A DNA stretch of 64,000 nucleotides from a virus: the IMG/VR virus record IMGVR_UViG_3300048848_000007, positions 6,411-70,410 of that record. One strand, 5' to 3'. The notes under the pieces are model-generated. The model had not been told where the DNA came from and did not search any database. It saw only the letters and a program-made list of their open reading frames with translations. The translations under genes were made by a program, and so were the position numbers. This document shows, piece by piece, positions 16,620-27,408 of this stretch. Position 1 is the first letter of the stretch. Each line of letters starts with the position of its first letter.

Positions 16620-17921
16620 ATGGACCAAATCGTAAAAACCCTCAATGCAGGGCAGGAAGCTGCGGCTGAAGGCTTCTTTAAATTCCTCTTCAGTGATGAC
16701 AAGGAGATGATCCTCAGTGGTCCCGGTGGTGTCGGCAAGACATTCCTGATGGGCCACATGATCGATGAGATCCTGCCCCGTTACTACGAAACCTGTGAAC
16801 TCATGGGCATCGACCCTGAGTACGACGATGTTCAGATGACGGCCACCACCAACAAGGCAGCCGAAGTCCTGAGTCTGTCTACAGGTCGTCCCACCGATAC
16901 GGTCCATGCCTTCATGAACCTGAAGGTGACCGACGACTTCGACACTGGCACCAGCAAGCTGAGCCGTACCACGGCATGGCAGGTGTACCACCGCAAGATC
17001 ATCTTCGTGGATGAAAGCTCGATGATCGACACGGGCCTGCGTGAAGAGATTCTGGGCGGCACCATCAAGTGCAAGATCGTCTACGTGGGCGATCACTGCC
17101 AGATGGCTCCGATCAAGGAACCCATCTCGCCGATCTACAATGCCCGTCTGCCGTTCTTCGAGCTGACCGAGCCGATGCGTAATGCTGGACAGCCTGCCTT
17201 GCAGAAGCTGTGCCTTCAGTACCGCAAGGCTGTAGAAGAAGGTGTCTTCCCGGATATCCAACTGACTCCGGGTGTCGTGGACCATCTCTCGGACGAAGAG
17301 ATGCAGGCCGAGATCGATACCGTGTTCCTGGATACCAAGCCGGATGCCCGTATTCTGGCGTACCAGAACAGCCGAGTGATCGACTACAACACCTACATCC
17401 GTCAGATCCGACAACTTCCACCCCGATTTCAGAAGGGTGAATTCCTCATCAACAATTCGGCCATCAAGCTGAAGAAGACGATGTTGAAGGTCGAAGACGA
17501 AGTTGAGATCTACGACATTTCATCCCACAGTGAGATGGTCGAGATCGAAACCAACGTGGAACTGGAAGTGATGCATTGCACCCTGCGAACCAAGTTGGGT
17601 GACATGCTGTACAACGTACCCATCCCAGTGGATCACGACCACTACCGCAACCTCATCAAGTATTACAAACGCCAGAAACGCTGGAATCGTTTCTTCTTCC
17701 TGAAGAACAACTTCCCGGATCTGCGTGAGCGTGATGCTTCGACGGTTTACAAGGCTCAGGGCAGCACCTGCAAAACGGTGTACATCGACCTGACGGATAT
17801 CAGCAAATGCCACAACCCGAACCAGGTGGCTCGGATGCTGTACGTGGCTGTCTCTCGTGCAACCACACGAGTTGCCTTCTACGGCCAGCTGGCACTCAAG
17901 TACGGAAGCATCGTCTTCTAG
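16620..17921 (+). CDS. SF1 DNA helicase (Dda/RecD-like, N4 gp37)
   Basis: GPGGVGKT, FVDESSM, VGDHCQ, TVYKAQGST, LYVAVSRA. Confidence 0.93.
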   Translation: MDQIVKTLNAGQEAAAEGFFKFLFSDDKEMILSGPGGVGKTFLMGHMIDEILPRYYETCELMGIDPEYDDVQMTATTNKAAEVLSLSTGRPTDTVHAFMNLKVTDDFDTGTSKLSRTTAWQVYHRKIIFVDESSMIDTGLREEILGGTIKCKIVYVGDHCQMAPIKEPISPIYNARLPFFELTEPMRNAGQPALQKLCLQYRKAVEEGVFPDIQLTPGVVDHLSDEEMQAEIDTVFLDTKPDARILAYQNSRVIDYNTYIRQIRQLPPRFQKGEFLINNSAIKLKKTMLKVEDEVEIYDISSHSEMVEIETNVELEVMHCTLRTKLGDMLYNVPIPVDHDHYRNLIKYYKRQKRWNRFFFLKNNFPDLRERDASTVYKAQGSTCKTVYIDLTDISKCHNPNQVARMLYVAVSRATTRVAFYGQLALKYGSIVF

Positions 17922-17929
17922 GGGGAAGG

Positions 17930-18439
17930 ATGGCTATCTCAAATTCAAAGGAAATCATCGACGGCATCAGCAAGGCACTGTTCGAGGCTGAGTACCGTCG
18001 CCTCAAGGGCAGGGTGAAGGAACTGTCCCGGATGAACCGGGAGGCTCTGCCAACCACGGTCTACCCGTTCATGTATCAGGGCAAGGTCTACATTCCCGAG
18101 GATGTGCCCCACCTGACAGCAGGTCCGGGATCATCCGTTGGTCTGGCATTCAGCCTGTACCCTCAGATGACGGCCTTTCTGGCCGACAAGAACACTGTCG
18201 AGCAGGACCGCAAGCAGATCGAGATGATGCTGTTCAAGCTGACCTATCAGGTCTGCAACATGCAGGAGCTTCGCGATACGCTGCCGGACTGTCTGGTGTC
18301 CTTGGTTCCCCAGCTGGACAAGATGCCCCGCTGCATGGATCAGAAATTTCTGATCCGTAACGATGAGCGTACCCTGCGTCAATTTGAAGTCATCCTTCCG
18401 AAAATGGAGTTCTACTCCGTGGCAAGGCTCATGTATTAG
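17930..18439 (+). CDS. Conserved N4-like hypothetical protein (gp38-like)
   Basis: Lies between helicase and polymerase; 169 aa starting MAISNSK. Confidence 0.75.
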   Translation: MAISNSKEIIDGISKALFEAEYRRLKGRVKELSRMNREALPTTVYPFMYQGKVYIPEDVPHLTAGPGSSVGLAFSLYPQMTAFLADKNTVEQDRKQIEMMLFKLTYQVCNMQELRDTLPDCLVSLVPQLDKMPRCMDQKFLIRNDERTLRQFEVILPKMEFYSVARLMY

Positions 18440-18447
18440 GAGGCCGT

Positions 18448-21093
18448 ATGGCGTACCTGCATTATTCGGCCGAAGAGAAATCCGAGTACCCCTTGGTCTT
18501 GCTGACCTCGACGATCCGCAAGGACGAAATCAAGAAGTGTTATCTGGACCCATACGAATGGATGGACCCGGATGACTTGATGGTGTTCTCTCTGCATCAG
18601 GCTCCGGGGAAGAAGAAGACCCCCATGGGCGAGATGCGACAGTTCATCGCCGAAGAGCTGGTGCCACTGCTGGAGCAGATGAAAACCCAGTACGTGCTGG
18701 TGGCTGACGCCGAATACTTCAAGGCACTCACCAAGCTGGCGAAGGCTGATCCCTATCTGGGCTACGTCAACGACAGTGCCTATGGCAGTTTCAAGGTCAT
18801 CTATGTGCCCAACTACCGGCAGATGTTTTATGACCCTCTGAAGGTGACCAAGGGCATTGCCCAAGGTGTCACCGCTCTGCGGGACCATGCCACTCAGGTT
18901 TACGACGATCCGGGAGCCAACATCATCCACTTCGCCGAGTACCCTCGTACCTACGAGGCTATTAAGGCGTGGCTGGTCCGACTGCTGGAGATGGACACTC
19001 CGCTGACCATCGACCTTGAGTGCTTCAGTCTGAAGCACCACAAGGCCGGTATCGGCTCCATGTCCATTGCGTGGAACAAGCATGAAGGCATTGCCTTCCC
19101 GGTGGACTGTATAGAAATCCCAGGGGCCGAGAAGGCACCGTTCCTGCTGAACCAACGGAATGAAGAACTCCGGGCCTTGCTCAAGTGGTTCTTCATCCAG
19201 CTCAGCAAGAAGGCGATCTACCACAACATCGCGTTCGACGTGTACGTGCTGATCTACGAGCTGTTCATGAAAGACATTCTGGACACGGAGGGCTTGCTCG
19301 AAGGTCTGGAAGTCATGCTCAGGAACTGGGATTGCACCAAGCTGATCAGCTATCTGGCGACCAACTCGTGTGCAGGCAACAAGCTCAGTCTCAAGGACCA
19401 GGCTCAGGAATACGCCGGTAACTACGCGGTCGATGAGATCAAGGACATTACCCGCATCCCGATGGACAAGCTGCTGACCTACAACCTGGTGGATTCATTG
19501 TCCACTTGGTTCGTGCATGAGAAGCGCTTTCCCGGCATGGTGCAGGACCAGCAACAGGACTTCTACCAGAACATCTTCCAGCCAGCGACACTGGATGTAG
19601 TCCAGATGCAGCTGACGGGAATGCCGGTCAACATGCACCGGGTTCTGGAAGTGGAGAAGCTGCTGGAAGCTGACCGCAAGTCGGCTGTCGATCGGATGGA
19701 TGCTTCACCGATCATCCAGCAGTACCAGCACAAACGAAAGGAAGACTGGGTACGCACCAAGAATGCCGAGTGGAAGAAGAAGGTAGGCACCCTCGCTGAC
19801 GCTGAAGCAGAAATGCTGAAGAAGAAGTCCGTGGTCCGCTGGAATCCCAACTCACCCCCTCAAGTGCAGGAAATCCTGTACGAGATTTTGGGCCTGCCGG
19901 TCATCAGCTTCACGGACAGCAAACAGCCGTCCACCGATGCTGACACCCTCAAGGCACTGAAAAATCATACCGAGAACCAAGGGGTCAAAGACCTGTTGGA
20001 TGCTCTGCTGGATTTTGCCAGTGTCTCGACGATCATCCAGACGTTCATCCCTGCTCTGAAGAACTCAGCCAAGGGACCGGATGGCTGGCACTACATGTTC
20101 GGCAACTTCAATCTGGGGGGCACCGTCTCTGGGCGGCTGTCATCCAGCAAGCCGAACATGCAGAACCTGCCTGCCAACTCCAAGTACGCCAAACTGATCA
20201 AGACCTGCTTCCAAGCCCCACCGGGCTGGTTGCTCATGGGTCTGGACTTTGCTTCGCTGGAAGACCGGATCAGTGCTCTGACCAGTAAAGACCCCAACAA
20301 GCTGAAGGTGTATACCGATGGTTACGACGGTCACAGTCTGCGGACGTTTGCTTACTTTCCAGATGGTTGCATTGGAATTATCGATACGGTCGAGTCTATC
20401 AACTCCATCCAGGAAAAGTACCCGGACCTGCGATACCAGTCCAAGGCTCCGACCTTTGCACTCACTTATCAGGGCACATACAAAACCCTGATGACCAACT
20501 GCGGTTTCAGCGAATCGAAAGCCAAAGCGGTAGAGAAAGCGTATCACGAGCTTTACCATGTCTCGGACAGCTGGGTCGCTGCAAAACTGGATCAAGCGTC
20601 CAAAGACGGGTACATTACTGCCGCTTTCGGGCTGCGGGTTCGTACCCCTCTACTGCATCAGGTCATCCGTGGCAACCGTCAAACACCGTTCCAAGCAGAA
20701 GCCGAAGGTCGTACCGCAGGCAATGCTCTGGGTCAAAGCTGGTGCCTGCTCAACAGCAGGGCCGGTTCGGAATTCATGGGGAAAGTCAGGGCCAGTCGTG
20801 AGCACCGTCTCAAGATCCGTCCCTGTGCTCAGATCCATGACGCTCAATACTTCCTTGTTAAAGACGATATCGACACCGTGATGTTCGTGAATGAGCATCT
20901 GGTTACTGCTGTGAAATGGCAGGAGCATCCCGATATCGCCCACGATGAAGTAAAGCTGGGAGGCGACTTGTCGCTGTTCTACCCGGACTGGAGCAAAGAA
21001 GCCGTGATTCCAAATGAGGCATCGGCCGAGAAGATCCTTGAAGTCGTCCAGACTCACATGGATTGGATCGCTGCCGGTTGTCCGAAGCGCTAA
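18448..21093 (+). CDS. DNA polymerase, family A (N4 gp39)
   Basis: Exonuclease DLE and HNIAFD; TVSGRLSSSKPNMQN; motif A DFASLE; motif B KAPTFALTY; motif C QIHD. Confidence 0.96.
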   Translation: MAYLHYSAEEKSEYPLVLLTSTIRKDEIKKCYLDPYEWMDPDDLMVFSLHQAPGKKKTPMGEMRQFIAEELVPLLEQMKTQYVLVADAEYFKALTKLAKADPYLGYVNDSAYGSFKVIYVPNYRQMFYDPLKVTKGIAQGVTALRDHATQVYDDPGANIIHFAEYPRTYEAIKAWLVRLLEMDTPLTIDLECFSLKHHKAGIGSMSIAWNKHEGIAFPVDCIEIPGAEKAPFLLNQRNEELRALLKWFFIQLSKKAIYHNIAFDVYVLIYELFMKDILDTEGLLEGLEVMLRNWDCTKLISYLATNSCAGNKLSLKDQAQEYAGNYAVDEIKDITRIPMDKLLTYNLVDSLSTWFVHEKRFPGMVQDQQQDFYQNIFQPATLDVVQMQLTGMPVNMHRVLEVEKLLEADRKSAVDRMDASPIIQQYQHKRKEDWVRTKNAEWKKKVGTLADAEAEMLKKKSVVRWNPNSPPQVQEILYEILGLPVISFTDSKQPSTDADTLKALKNHTENQGVKDLLDALLDFASVSTIIQTFIPALKNSAKGPDGWHYMFGNFNLGGTVSGRLSSSKPNMQNLPANSKYAKLIKTCFQAPPGWLLMGLDFASLEDRISALTSKDPNKLKVYTDGYDGHSLRTFAYFPDGCIGIIDTVESINSIQEKYPDLRYQSKAPTFALTYQGTYKTLMTNCGFSESKAKAVEKAYHELYHVSDSWVAAKLDQASKDGYITAAFGLRVRTPLLHQVIRGNRQTPFQAEAEGRTAGNALGQSWCLLNSRAGSEFMGKVRASREHRLKIRPCAQIHDAQYFLVKDDIDTVMFVNEHLVTAVKWQEHPDIAHDEVKLGGDLSLFYPDWSKEAVIPNEASAEKILEVVQTHMDWIAAGCPKR

Positions 21094-21142
21094 TAGTTTT
21101 CTTGGGGTGGGCAACCGCCCCTCACACCACTGGAGAAGTATC

Positions 21143-21529
21143 ATGGAAAACAAAACTGAAGCCCCTGTTGAAAAACGCAAACACGTCTTCCTGTTCTCAG
21201 GTCAGGTCTACTTCCACCCGGACGCCGAAGGCAGCGAAATTGATGTGCAATCGGTTCACATGAACTGCGTTGGCATCTTCACCGAAGAAAAGGTGACTGC
21301 CCCGGAACTGGGCAAGATCCAGGCTCAGATGAGCCAGCAACTGCGTGCCCGTGTTCCAAATCCCATCACGGTCGTTGACGTGGTGTTCCACAGTGTCAAC
21401 CACATGGGTTACATGACCCCGGAAGAATGGGCCGGTACAACCGAAGCTCAGATCGCTGCGGGCATGAAAGAAGCTCAGGCAGTCATCGATCAGGTGCAAG
21501 CCTCGATCAACTCCAAGACCGTTCAGTAA
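21143..21529 (+). CDS. Hypothetical protein (128 aa)
   Basis: GGAG Shine-Dalgarno; N4-like synteny downstream of the polymerase. Confidence 0.72.
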   Translation: MENKTEAPVEKRKHVFLFSGQVYFHPDAEGSEIDVQSVHMNCVGIFTEEKVTAPELGKIQAQMSQQLRARVPNPITVVDVVFHSVNHMGYMTPEEWAGTTEAQIAAGMKEAQAVIDQVQASINSKTVQ

Positions 21530-22014
21530 TGTCGGGCGAGAAGAAGCTCTCGGAGCTTTATCCCCAGTATTACAAGCGTCTGCCTACTGACGTGAGTCGG
21601 GATGAAGTAGATACCTACGTCATCAACCTGATGTTCCCGGTCGAAGATCCCACTGGCTGCATCCTCCATGCCCGGAAGAAGCTGCTGATTCCTGGCGTCC
21701 GCAGCGGTGGCAAGACCATGCTCAAGGACGTGAAGGAAGCTCGGGACAGCCTCAACCGCTACATCGCCCTGATGGAAGCACAGGCTGAACCAATGGAATC
21801 AGGGGTCGCCGGGCAATCCATCACCATCTACGACACTTGGTACAGCCGAGCTGACGTGACCAAGATGCCGGGTTGCCTGCAACCACAGACATCAGTGGAT
21901 GTTGAGCTGGGTGACGGCACCATTGTACGTGCCAGCCGAGCAGGTGGTTTGGCATGGGATATGCCCGTCGAATCGCCGAAGCGGATCATCAAGTACCGCA
22001 TCCGCAAAGCCTGA
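21529..22014 (+). CDS. Conserved phage protein (161 aa)
   Basis: YYK...DPTGCILHARKKLL..G.RSGGK pattern; TAATG coupling. Confidence 0.72.
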   Translation: MSGEKKLSELYPQYYKRLPTDVSRDEVDTYVINLMFPVEDPTGCILHARKKLLIPGVRSGGKTMLKDVKEARDSLNRYIALMEAQAEPMESGVAGQSITIYDTWYSRADVTKMPGCLQPQTSVDVELGDGTIVRASRAGGLAWDMPVESPKRIIKYRIRKA

Positions 22015-22065
22015 ACCAAGGGGATCATCTACGGGTGGTCCCATTCCCATTCCTCTGGAGTTCTC

Positions 22066-23043
22066 ATGAAGATCACCAATACCTCCGATATCTCGCTTGC
22101 CTTAGCTGTATGGTTGATCCATGACGAGTACGACTACATCAACAAGCCGAAGTACATCTCGGCCACTTCGTTGATGAAGCCGTTACGCCAGATCATCCTC
22201 CCCCGTCGTATCCCTGTGGAAAAGCGTGAAGCGGATGTTGGTGACTTCATCGCTCGTGCTCTGGGTCATTCCATTCACGACTCCATCGAGAAGGCGTGGA
22301 AAAAAGGTTATCAGCGTTCCCTCAAACTGCTGGGGTATCCCGAGCACGTCATTGGACGAGTGCTGATCAACCCCACCAAAGAAGAGCTGATGGCTGCCAA
22401 AGATCCAATCCCCATTTACCTTGAGCAGCGTGCGTTCAAGGAAATCAACGGTTGGACCGTCGGTGGCAAGTTCGACATTGTGACCGAAGGCATCGTGCAG
22501 GACTTCAAGTCCACCAGTGCTTACACCTGGGTCTACGGTGGCCGGGACGATGAACATGCGTTGCAGGGTTCCCTGTATCGCTGGCTCAACCCAGATTTGA
22601 TCACCGAAGACTTCATCCAGATCAACTACATCTTCACCGACTGGCAGAAGTCACAAGCCCGCTCCAGTCCGAAGTATCCGCAGCGGCGTGTCGAGGCCAA
22701 GGAAATCCCTCTGCTGGATATCACCGAAACCGAGCGTTGGGTAACCGATCGACTCAACCTGATTGAGCGGTACGCTGATGCACCTGAGCATGAGCTGCCG
22801 GAATGTACTGCCGAAGAACTCTGGATGAGTGATCCGAAGTACAAGTTCTACGCCAACGCTGCCAACACCACTGGCCGCTCGACCAAGAACTTCGACAGCC
22901 TTGCCGACGCAAAAGCGTTTCAAGCCAGTAAAGGCGGCAAAGGTGCAATTCTCACTGTACCCGGTGAACCCAAGCGGTGTGGTTACTGCGAAGCGTTCGA
23001 CGTGTGTACCCAGAAGAATAAATATTTTTCTGACAATTCGTAG
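22066..23043 (+). CDS. PD-(D/E)XK exonuclease-like protein (N4 gp42)
   Basis: GKFD...DFKSTS...Q..LY; C-terminal RCGYCEAFDVC. Confidence 0.85.
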   Translation: MKITNTSDISLALAVWLIHDEYDYINKPKYISATSLMKPLRQIILPRRIPVEKREADVGDFIARALGHSIHDSIEKAWKKGYQRSLKLLGYPEHVIGRVLINPTKEELMAAKDPIPIYLEQRAFKEINGWTVGGKFDIVTEGIVQDFKSTSAYTWVYGGRDDEHALQGSLYRWLNPDLITEDFIQINYIFTDWQKSQARSSPKYPQRRVEAKEIPLLDITETERWVTDRLNLIERYADAPEHELPECTAEELWMSDPKYKFYANAANTTGRSTKNFDSLADAKAFQASKGGKGAILTVPGEPKRCGYCEAFDVCTQKNKYFSDNS

Positions 23044-23058
23044 CAGTAGGGGGGTCAA

Positions 23059-25221
23059 ATGATTGACTTAGCAGGGGTAACCCATCATCCCGTAATCGAA
23101 GAGATTGCGGAGGTGCTGTGCAACAAGACGCAAAACACCGACCGTAAGTTCTTCCGTGTGGAAGTGGCCTACTTCATTGCCAAGCTGGCAAGCTCCATGC
23201 GAGCTGTCATCTCCACCAAAGACCGTGGCGAGATCCCGGTGAACATCTATGCCTTGGCTCTGGCTACGTCAGGCTATGGCAAAGGTCACTCGATCAACGT
23301 CATCGAAAACGAGTTCTTGGCCGGGTTCAAGAAACGCTTCATGGAAGACACCTTTCCGGTCGTCGCCGAGAAACACCTGTGGGATATCGCCAATGATCGT
23401 GCTGCCCGCAACGGCACCGATCAGCAGGAAGAGTTCGAGAAGGTGGAGAAAGAGTTCAAGCGTGCTGGGGCCGTCCCATTCACCTATGACTCTGCCACTC
23501 CCGCTGCGGTCAAGCAGGTCCGTCACAAGATGGTACTCGCCAACTGCGGTTCCCTGAACCTTCAGATCGACGAGATCGGCAGTAATCTCATTGGTTCCAG
23601 TGAAGTGCTCAACCTGTATCTGGAGCTGTATGACCAAGGCATGGTGAAGCAGAAGCTGACCAAGAACACTGCCGAGAACGAGCGTAACGAAGAACTGGAT
23701 GGCAAGACTCCGGCCAACATGCTGCTGTTCGGTACGCCGAGCAAGCTGCTCGATGGCGGTCAGACCGAGAACCAGTTCTACGACTTCCTCGATACGGGTT
23801 ATGCCCGTCGTTGCCTGTTTGGCTGGGGACAGGCTGACAAGAAAGCCCACAACAGCCTGACGGCAGCCGAGATCTACCACAACCTGATCCAGCCCCAGAA
23901 CACAGCCTCTGTACAGAAGTGGGCCAACCACTTCCACAAGCTGGCTGATGCCGGGATGTACGGCTGGAAGATGGTCGTCGAGGATGACGTTGCCATCGAG
24001 CTGATCCAGTACCGGATGTACTGCGATCAGGCTGCTGAAGCCATGGCCGATCACGAAGAGATCCGCAAGGCTGAACTCAGTCACCGCTACTTCAAGGCTC
24101 TCAAGCTGGCCGGTGCTTTCGCGTTCGTGGATGAAAGCCTCGAAATCGAAATGGACCATCTCAAGCAGGCCATCCTGCTGGTCGAAGAGTCTGGCGAATC
24201 GTTCCAGATGATCCTCAACCGGGAGAAGACCTACGTCAAACTCGCCAAGTACATCGCCGATGTGGGCACTGATGTGACCCATGCTGACCTGCATGAAGCC
24301 CTGCCGTTCTACAAGAGCGGTACGGCTGCACGCAATGAGCTGATGACCATGGCGACAGCGTGGGGCTACAAGGAACACATCTCCATCAAGAAGTCATTCG
24401 TCGATGGGATCGAGTTCTTCCGGGGTGAGAAGCTCAAGGAAACCAATCTGGACGAGATGATCGTCTCGTATGGTGACCACTGGGCGTACAACTACCTGGG
24501 CGAAGTGGTGCCGTTCACTGACCTGCACCAGCTGACTCAGGCACCGGGCTATCACTGGACCAACCACCACTTCAAGAACGGTCACCGGGCACGTGAAAAC
24601 GTGATCGCCGGATTCAACATGATCGCCATTGACGTGGACGGTGGCTGCTCGCTGGCTACGGCTCATGAACTGCTCGCCGAGTACAAGTTCATGACCTACA
24701 CCACCAAGCGGCACAGCGAGGATGAGAACCGCTTCAGGATCATCATCCCGATCAACTACGAGCTGTACCTCGATCATGATGACTACACGGAATTCATGAA
24801 CGGGATTCTGGCCTGGCTGCCGTTCGAGACGGATGAATCGGCGAACCAACGGGAAAAGAAATGGGAGTGCTTTGACGGGGGTGAGTACCACTACAACCTC
24901 GAAGCCAAGACGCTGGATGTGCTCAGCTTCATCCCTCGGACGCGACCGAACGAAGAGTTCAAGACGAACTTCGCCAAGGTCGAATCGCTCGACAATCTGG
25001 AACGCTGGTTCGCTACCCGGATCGCCAGTGGCAACCGCAACAATCAGATGATCAAGTTTGCTTTGGCTCTGGTTGATAACGGCATGTCGTTGATCGAAGT
25101 CAGCAAGCATGTTCATGCTTTCAACAAGAAGCTGAACACCCCGCTGGATGAAGACGAGATCGAAAGCACCATCATGACAACCGTTGCCAAGCGGTTCACT
25201 CGATCTGCTTCCCCCGCATAA
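23059..25221 (+). CDS. DNA primase (N4 gp43-like)
   Basis: 720 aa; SGYGKG, DEIG, IAIDVDGG, SGNRNNQM; N4 synteny. Confidence 0.88.
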   Translation: MIDLAGVTHHPVIEEIAEVLCNKTQNTDRKFFRVEVAYFIAKLASSMRAVISTKDRGEIPVNIYALALATSGYGKGHSINVIENEFLAGFKKRFMEDTFPVVAEKHLWDIANDRAARNGTDQQEEFEKVEKEFKRAGAVPFTYDSATPAAVKQVRHKMVLANCGSLNLQIDEIGSNLIGSSEVLNLYLELYDQGMVKQKLTKNTAENERNEELDGKTPANMLLFGTPSKLLDGGQTENQFYDFLDTGYARRCLFGWGQADKKAHNSLTAAEIYHNLIQPQNTASVQKWANHFHKLADAGMYGWKMVVEDDVAIELIQYRMYCDQAAEAMADHEEIRKAELSHRYFKALKLAGAFAFVDESLEIEMDHLKQAILLVEESGESFQMILNREKTYVKLAKYIADVGTDVTHADLHEALPFYKSGTAARNELMTMATAWGYKEHISIKKSFVDGIEFFRGEKLKETNLDEMIVSYGDHWAYNYLGEVVPFTDLHQLTQAPGYHWTNHHFKNGHRARENVIAGFNMIAIDVDGGCSLATAHELLAEYKFMTYTTKRHSEDENRFRIIIPINYELYLDHDDYTEFMNGILAWLPFETDESANQREKKWECFDGGEYHYNLEAKTLDVLSFIPRTRPNEEFKTNFAKVESLDNLERWFATRIASGNRNNQMIKFALALVDNGMSLIEVSKHVHAFNKKLNTPLDEDEIESTIMTTVAKRFTRSASPA

Positions 25222-25284
25222 ATCCCCTGAGTGGAATGACAGCCCTTTCTTTGGCTCTGGACTGTCATTCCAGTGGAGAATCCG

Positions 25285-26052
25285 ATGAGTGACGATGTAG
25301 ACAACAGTGATATTGGTGAGTTGGAAGGCAGTCTGGACCAGTTGGTTCTGATTGCTGGTTACTCGACTCAGGGTAAATCGGCCAGCCTGCGTAACATCAG
25401 GAACCAGGAAGGCTGGGTGTATCTCAACACCGAGTCCGGCAAACGCCTGCCGTTCAGAAACAAGTTCAATCGGGTGACCATCACTGATCCTTACGAAGTG
25501 CTCAGCTACTTTGATGAGTGCATCGAGAACAAGGACTCGGTTGAGGGTATCATCCTCGACTCGATCACCTTCCTGATGGACATGTTCGAGACTCAGTATG
25601 TACTGGGGTCGGGCGACACCATGAAGGGCTGGAGTAACTACCAGCAGTTCTTCAAGCAGATCATGCAGCAGAAAGTTGCTGCCTTCGGTAAACCCGTGAT
25701 CATCATCGCCCACGTCAAAGACGAACTGGACGAGAAGAACATGGAAATGAAAGTTTCCGTGCCGATCAAGGGTGCTCTGAAGAACAACGGCGTGGAAGCG
25801 TATTTCACCACCGTTGTGGCTGCCAAGAAGATTCCGATCAAGGAATTGGAAAAGTACGGCAGCAAGATGCTGACGATCACCGAGGAAGAACGTGAGCTTG
25901 GTTACAAGCACGTGTTCCAGACTCGAATCACCAAGGGTACGACAGGTGAGCGTATCCGTTCCCCGATGGGAATGTTCGACCGTGCAGAGACGTACATCGA
26001 CAACGATGCACAGCTGCTGCTGGATCACCTGAAAGAGTTTTACGGCAATTAA
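25285..26052 (+). CDS. AAA-family Sak4-like protein (N4 gp44)
   Basis: GYSTQGKS Walker A; ILDSIT; GVEAYF. Confidence 0.85.
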   Translation: MSDDVDNSDIGELEGSLDQLVLIAGYSTQGKSASLRNIRNQEGWVYLNTESGKRLPFRNKFNRVTITDPYEVLSYFDECIENKDSVEGIILDSITFLMDMFETQYVLGSGDTMKGWSNYQQFFKQIMQQKVAAFGKPVIIIAHVKDELDEKNMEMKVSVPIKGALKNNGVEAYFTTVVAAKKIPIKELEKYGSKMLTITEEERELGYKHVFQTRITKGTTGERIRSPMGMFDRAETYIDNDAQLLLDHLKEFYGN

Positions 26053-26079
26053 TCCCCCTTCCAGAAGCGAGAAGTAACC

Positions 26080-26841
26080 ATGAGCAATGTATTCCAAAAA
26101 CTGAAATCTGATGGCCTCGAAGAATCGACTGACCGTCTGGGTGGTGGTGGCGTCCGTGAATCCGACATCTACACCGGCAAGATCAAGTATGCCTACGCCG
26201 GTACGTCGTCGGGCGGTGCCATGTCCCTGAACCTGTGCGTCGACTTCGGCGGCCAGGAATACCGTGAAACGGTCTGGGTCACCAACAAGAAGGGTGAAAA
26301 CTTCTTCCTGAACAAGCAGGACAACTCCAAGAAGGTGCCTCTGCCGGGCTTCACCGTTGCAGAAGATATCTGCCTGATCGTCACCGGCAAGGGCCTGGCC
26401 GAGCAGGAAATGGAAGAGAAAGTCCTGAAGCTGTGGGACTTCGACGCCAGCGCTGAAGTACCGAAGTCGGTGCCTGTACTGGTCGAACTGACCGGCCAGG
26501 AAATCTCCTTGGGCTTGATCAAGCAGATCGAGAACAAGCAGAAGAAGAACGACAACACCGGCGAGTACGAGCCGACCGAAGAAGAACGCGAAAGCAACTT
26601 CACGGACAAGGTGTTCCACACCGAAACCAAAATGACCGTAGCCGAGGCCCGTAACGGCCAGGAAACCGGCGAGTTCTGGGACAAGTGGATCACCAAGAAC
26701 AAAGGCCGTCTCAACGACAAGCGCAAGTTCAAGGACGGCGGTGCTGGCAAATCCGGCAAGCCTGCGGGTGCTCCGAAAGCTGCTGGTGCTCCAGCCGCCA
26801 GTGCTGCACCGAAGAAGTCCCTGTTCGCCAACAAGGCCTAA
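26080..26841 (+). CDS. ssb: Single-stranded DNA-binding protein (N4 gp45-like)
   Basis: DRLGGG, YRETVWVT, LPGFT; Ala/Lys-rich tail ending KKSLFANKA. Confidence 0.88.
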   Translation: MSNVFQKLKSDGLEESTDRLGGGGVRESDIYTGKIKYAYAGTSSGGAMSLNLCVDFGGQEYRETVWVTNKKGENFFLNKQDNSKKVPLPGFTVAEDICLIVTGKGLAEQEMEEKVLKLWDFDASAEVPKSVPVLVELTGQEISLGLIKQIENKQKKNDNTGEYEPTEEERESNFTDKVFHTETKMTVAEARNGQETGEFWDKWITKNKGRLNDKRKFKDGGAGKSGKPAGAPKAAGAPAASAAPKKSLFANKA

Positions 26842-26847
26842 CCACTC

Positions 26848-27405
26848 ATGAAGATCCCTGTCTGTGGTATGGACCCTTCGCTTGCCAACTGGGGCATTGC
26901 GGAGGGCCAGCTGGATCTACAGACAGGGCACCTTGACGATGTGGTGCTCGAAACAGTCTCGACTGCCAAGGGCAAGAACAAGCAGGTCAGAACCAACAGT
27001 GATGACCTGCAACGGGCTGAAGACCTTGCCACCCGAGTGATCGAGATCGGCAAGCGTAACAAGGTCATCTTCGTCGAGTGTCCTGTTGGTTCCCAAAGTG
27101 CCAGTGGCATGAAAGCTTATGGCGTCGTCATAGGGATTCTGGGAGCTTTGCGGGCCTTGGGGGTCCAAGTCATCGAGGTGACGGCCTTCGAGGTCAAGAA
27201 GACCCTCACAGGCAACAAGAACGCCACAAAGGAAGAGATGATCAATGCCGCTGTCCGTGACTACCCGAAAGCAAACTGGCCGACCCAGAAAGGGCGAGTC
27301 ATTGCCGGGAAGGCGGAACACATGGCTGATTCCATTGGGGCAATCGAAGCCGGAGTACGAACTCCGGTATTTCAAAATTTGATGCGAATACTCGCAGAGG
27401 TGTAG
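26848..27405 (+). CDS. RuvC-like Holliday junction resolvase (N4 gp46-like)
   Basis: GMDPSLANWG, VECP, KEEMI, EHMADSIGAI. Confidence 0.87.
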   Translation: MKIPVCGMDPSLANWGIAEGQLDLQTGHLDDVVLETVSTAKGKNKQVRTNSDDLQRAEDLATRVIEIGKRNKVIFVECPVGSQSASGMKAYGVVIGILGALRALGVQVIEVTAFEVKKTLTGNKNATKEEMINAAVRDYPKANWPTQKGRVIAGKAEHMADSIGAIEAGVRTPVFQNLMRILAEV

Positions 27406-27408
27406 TAC

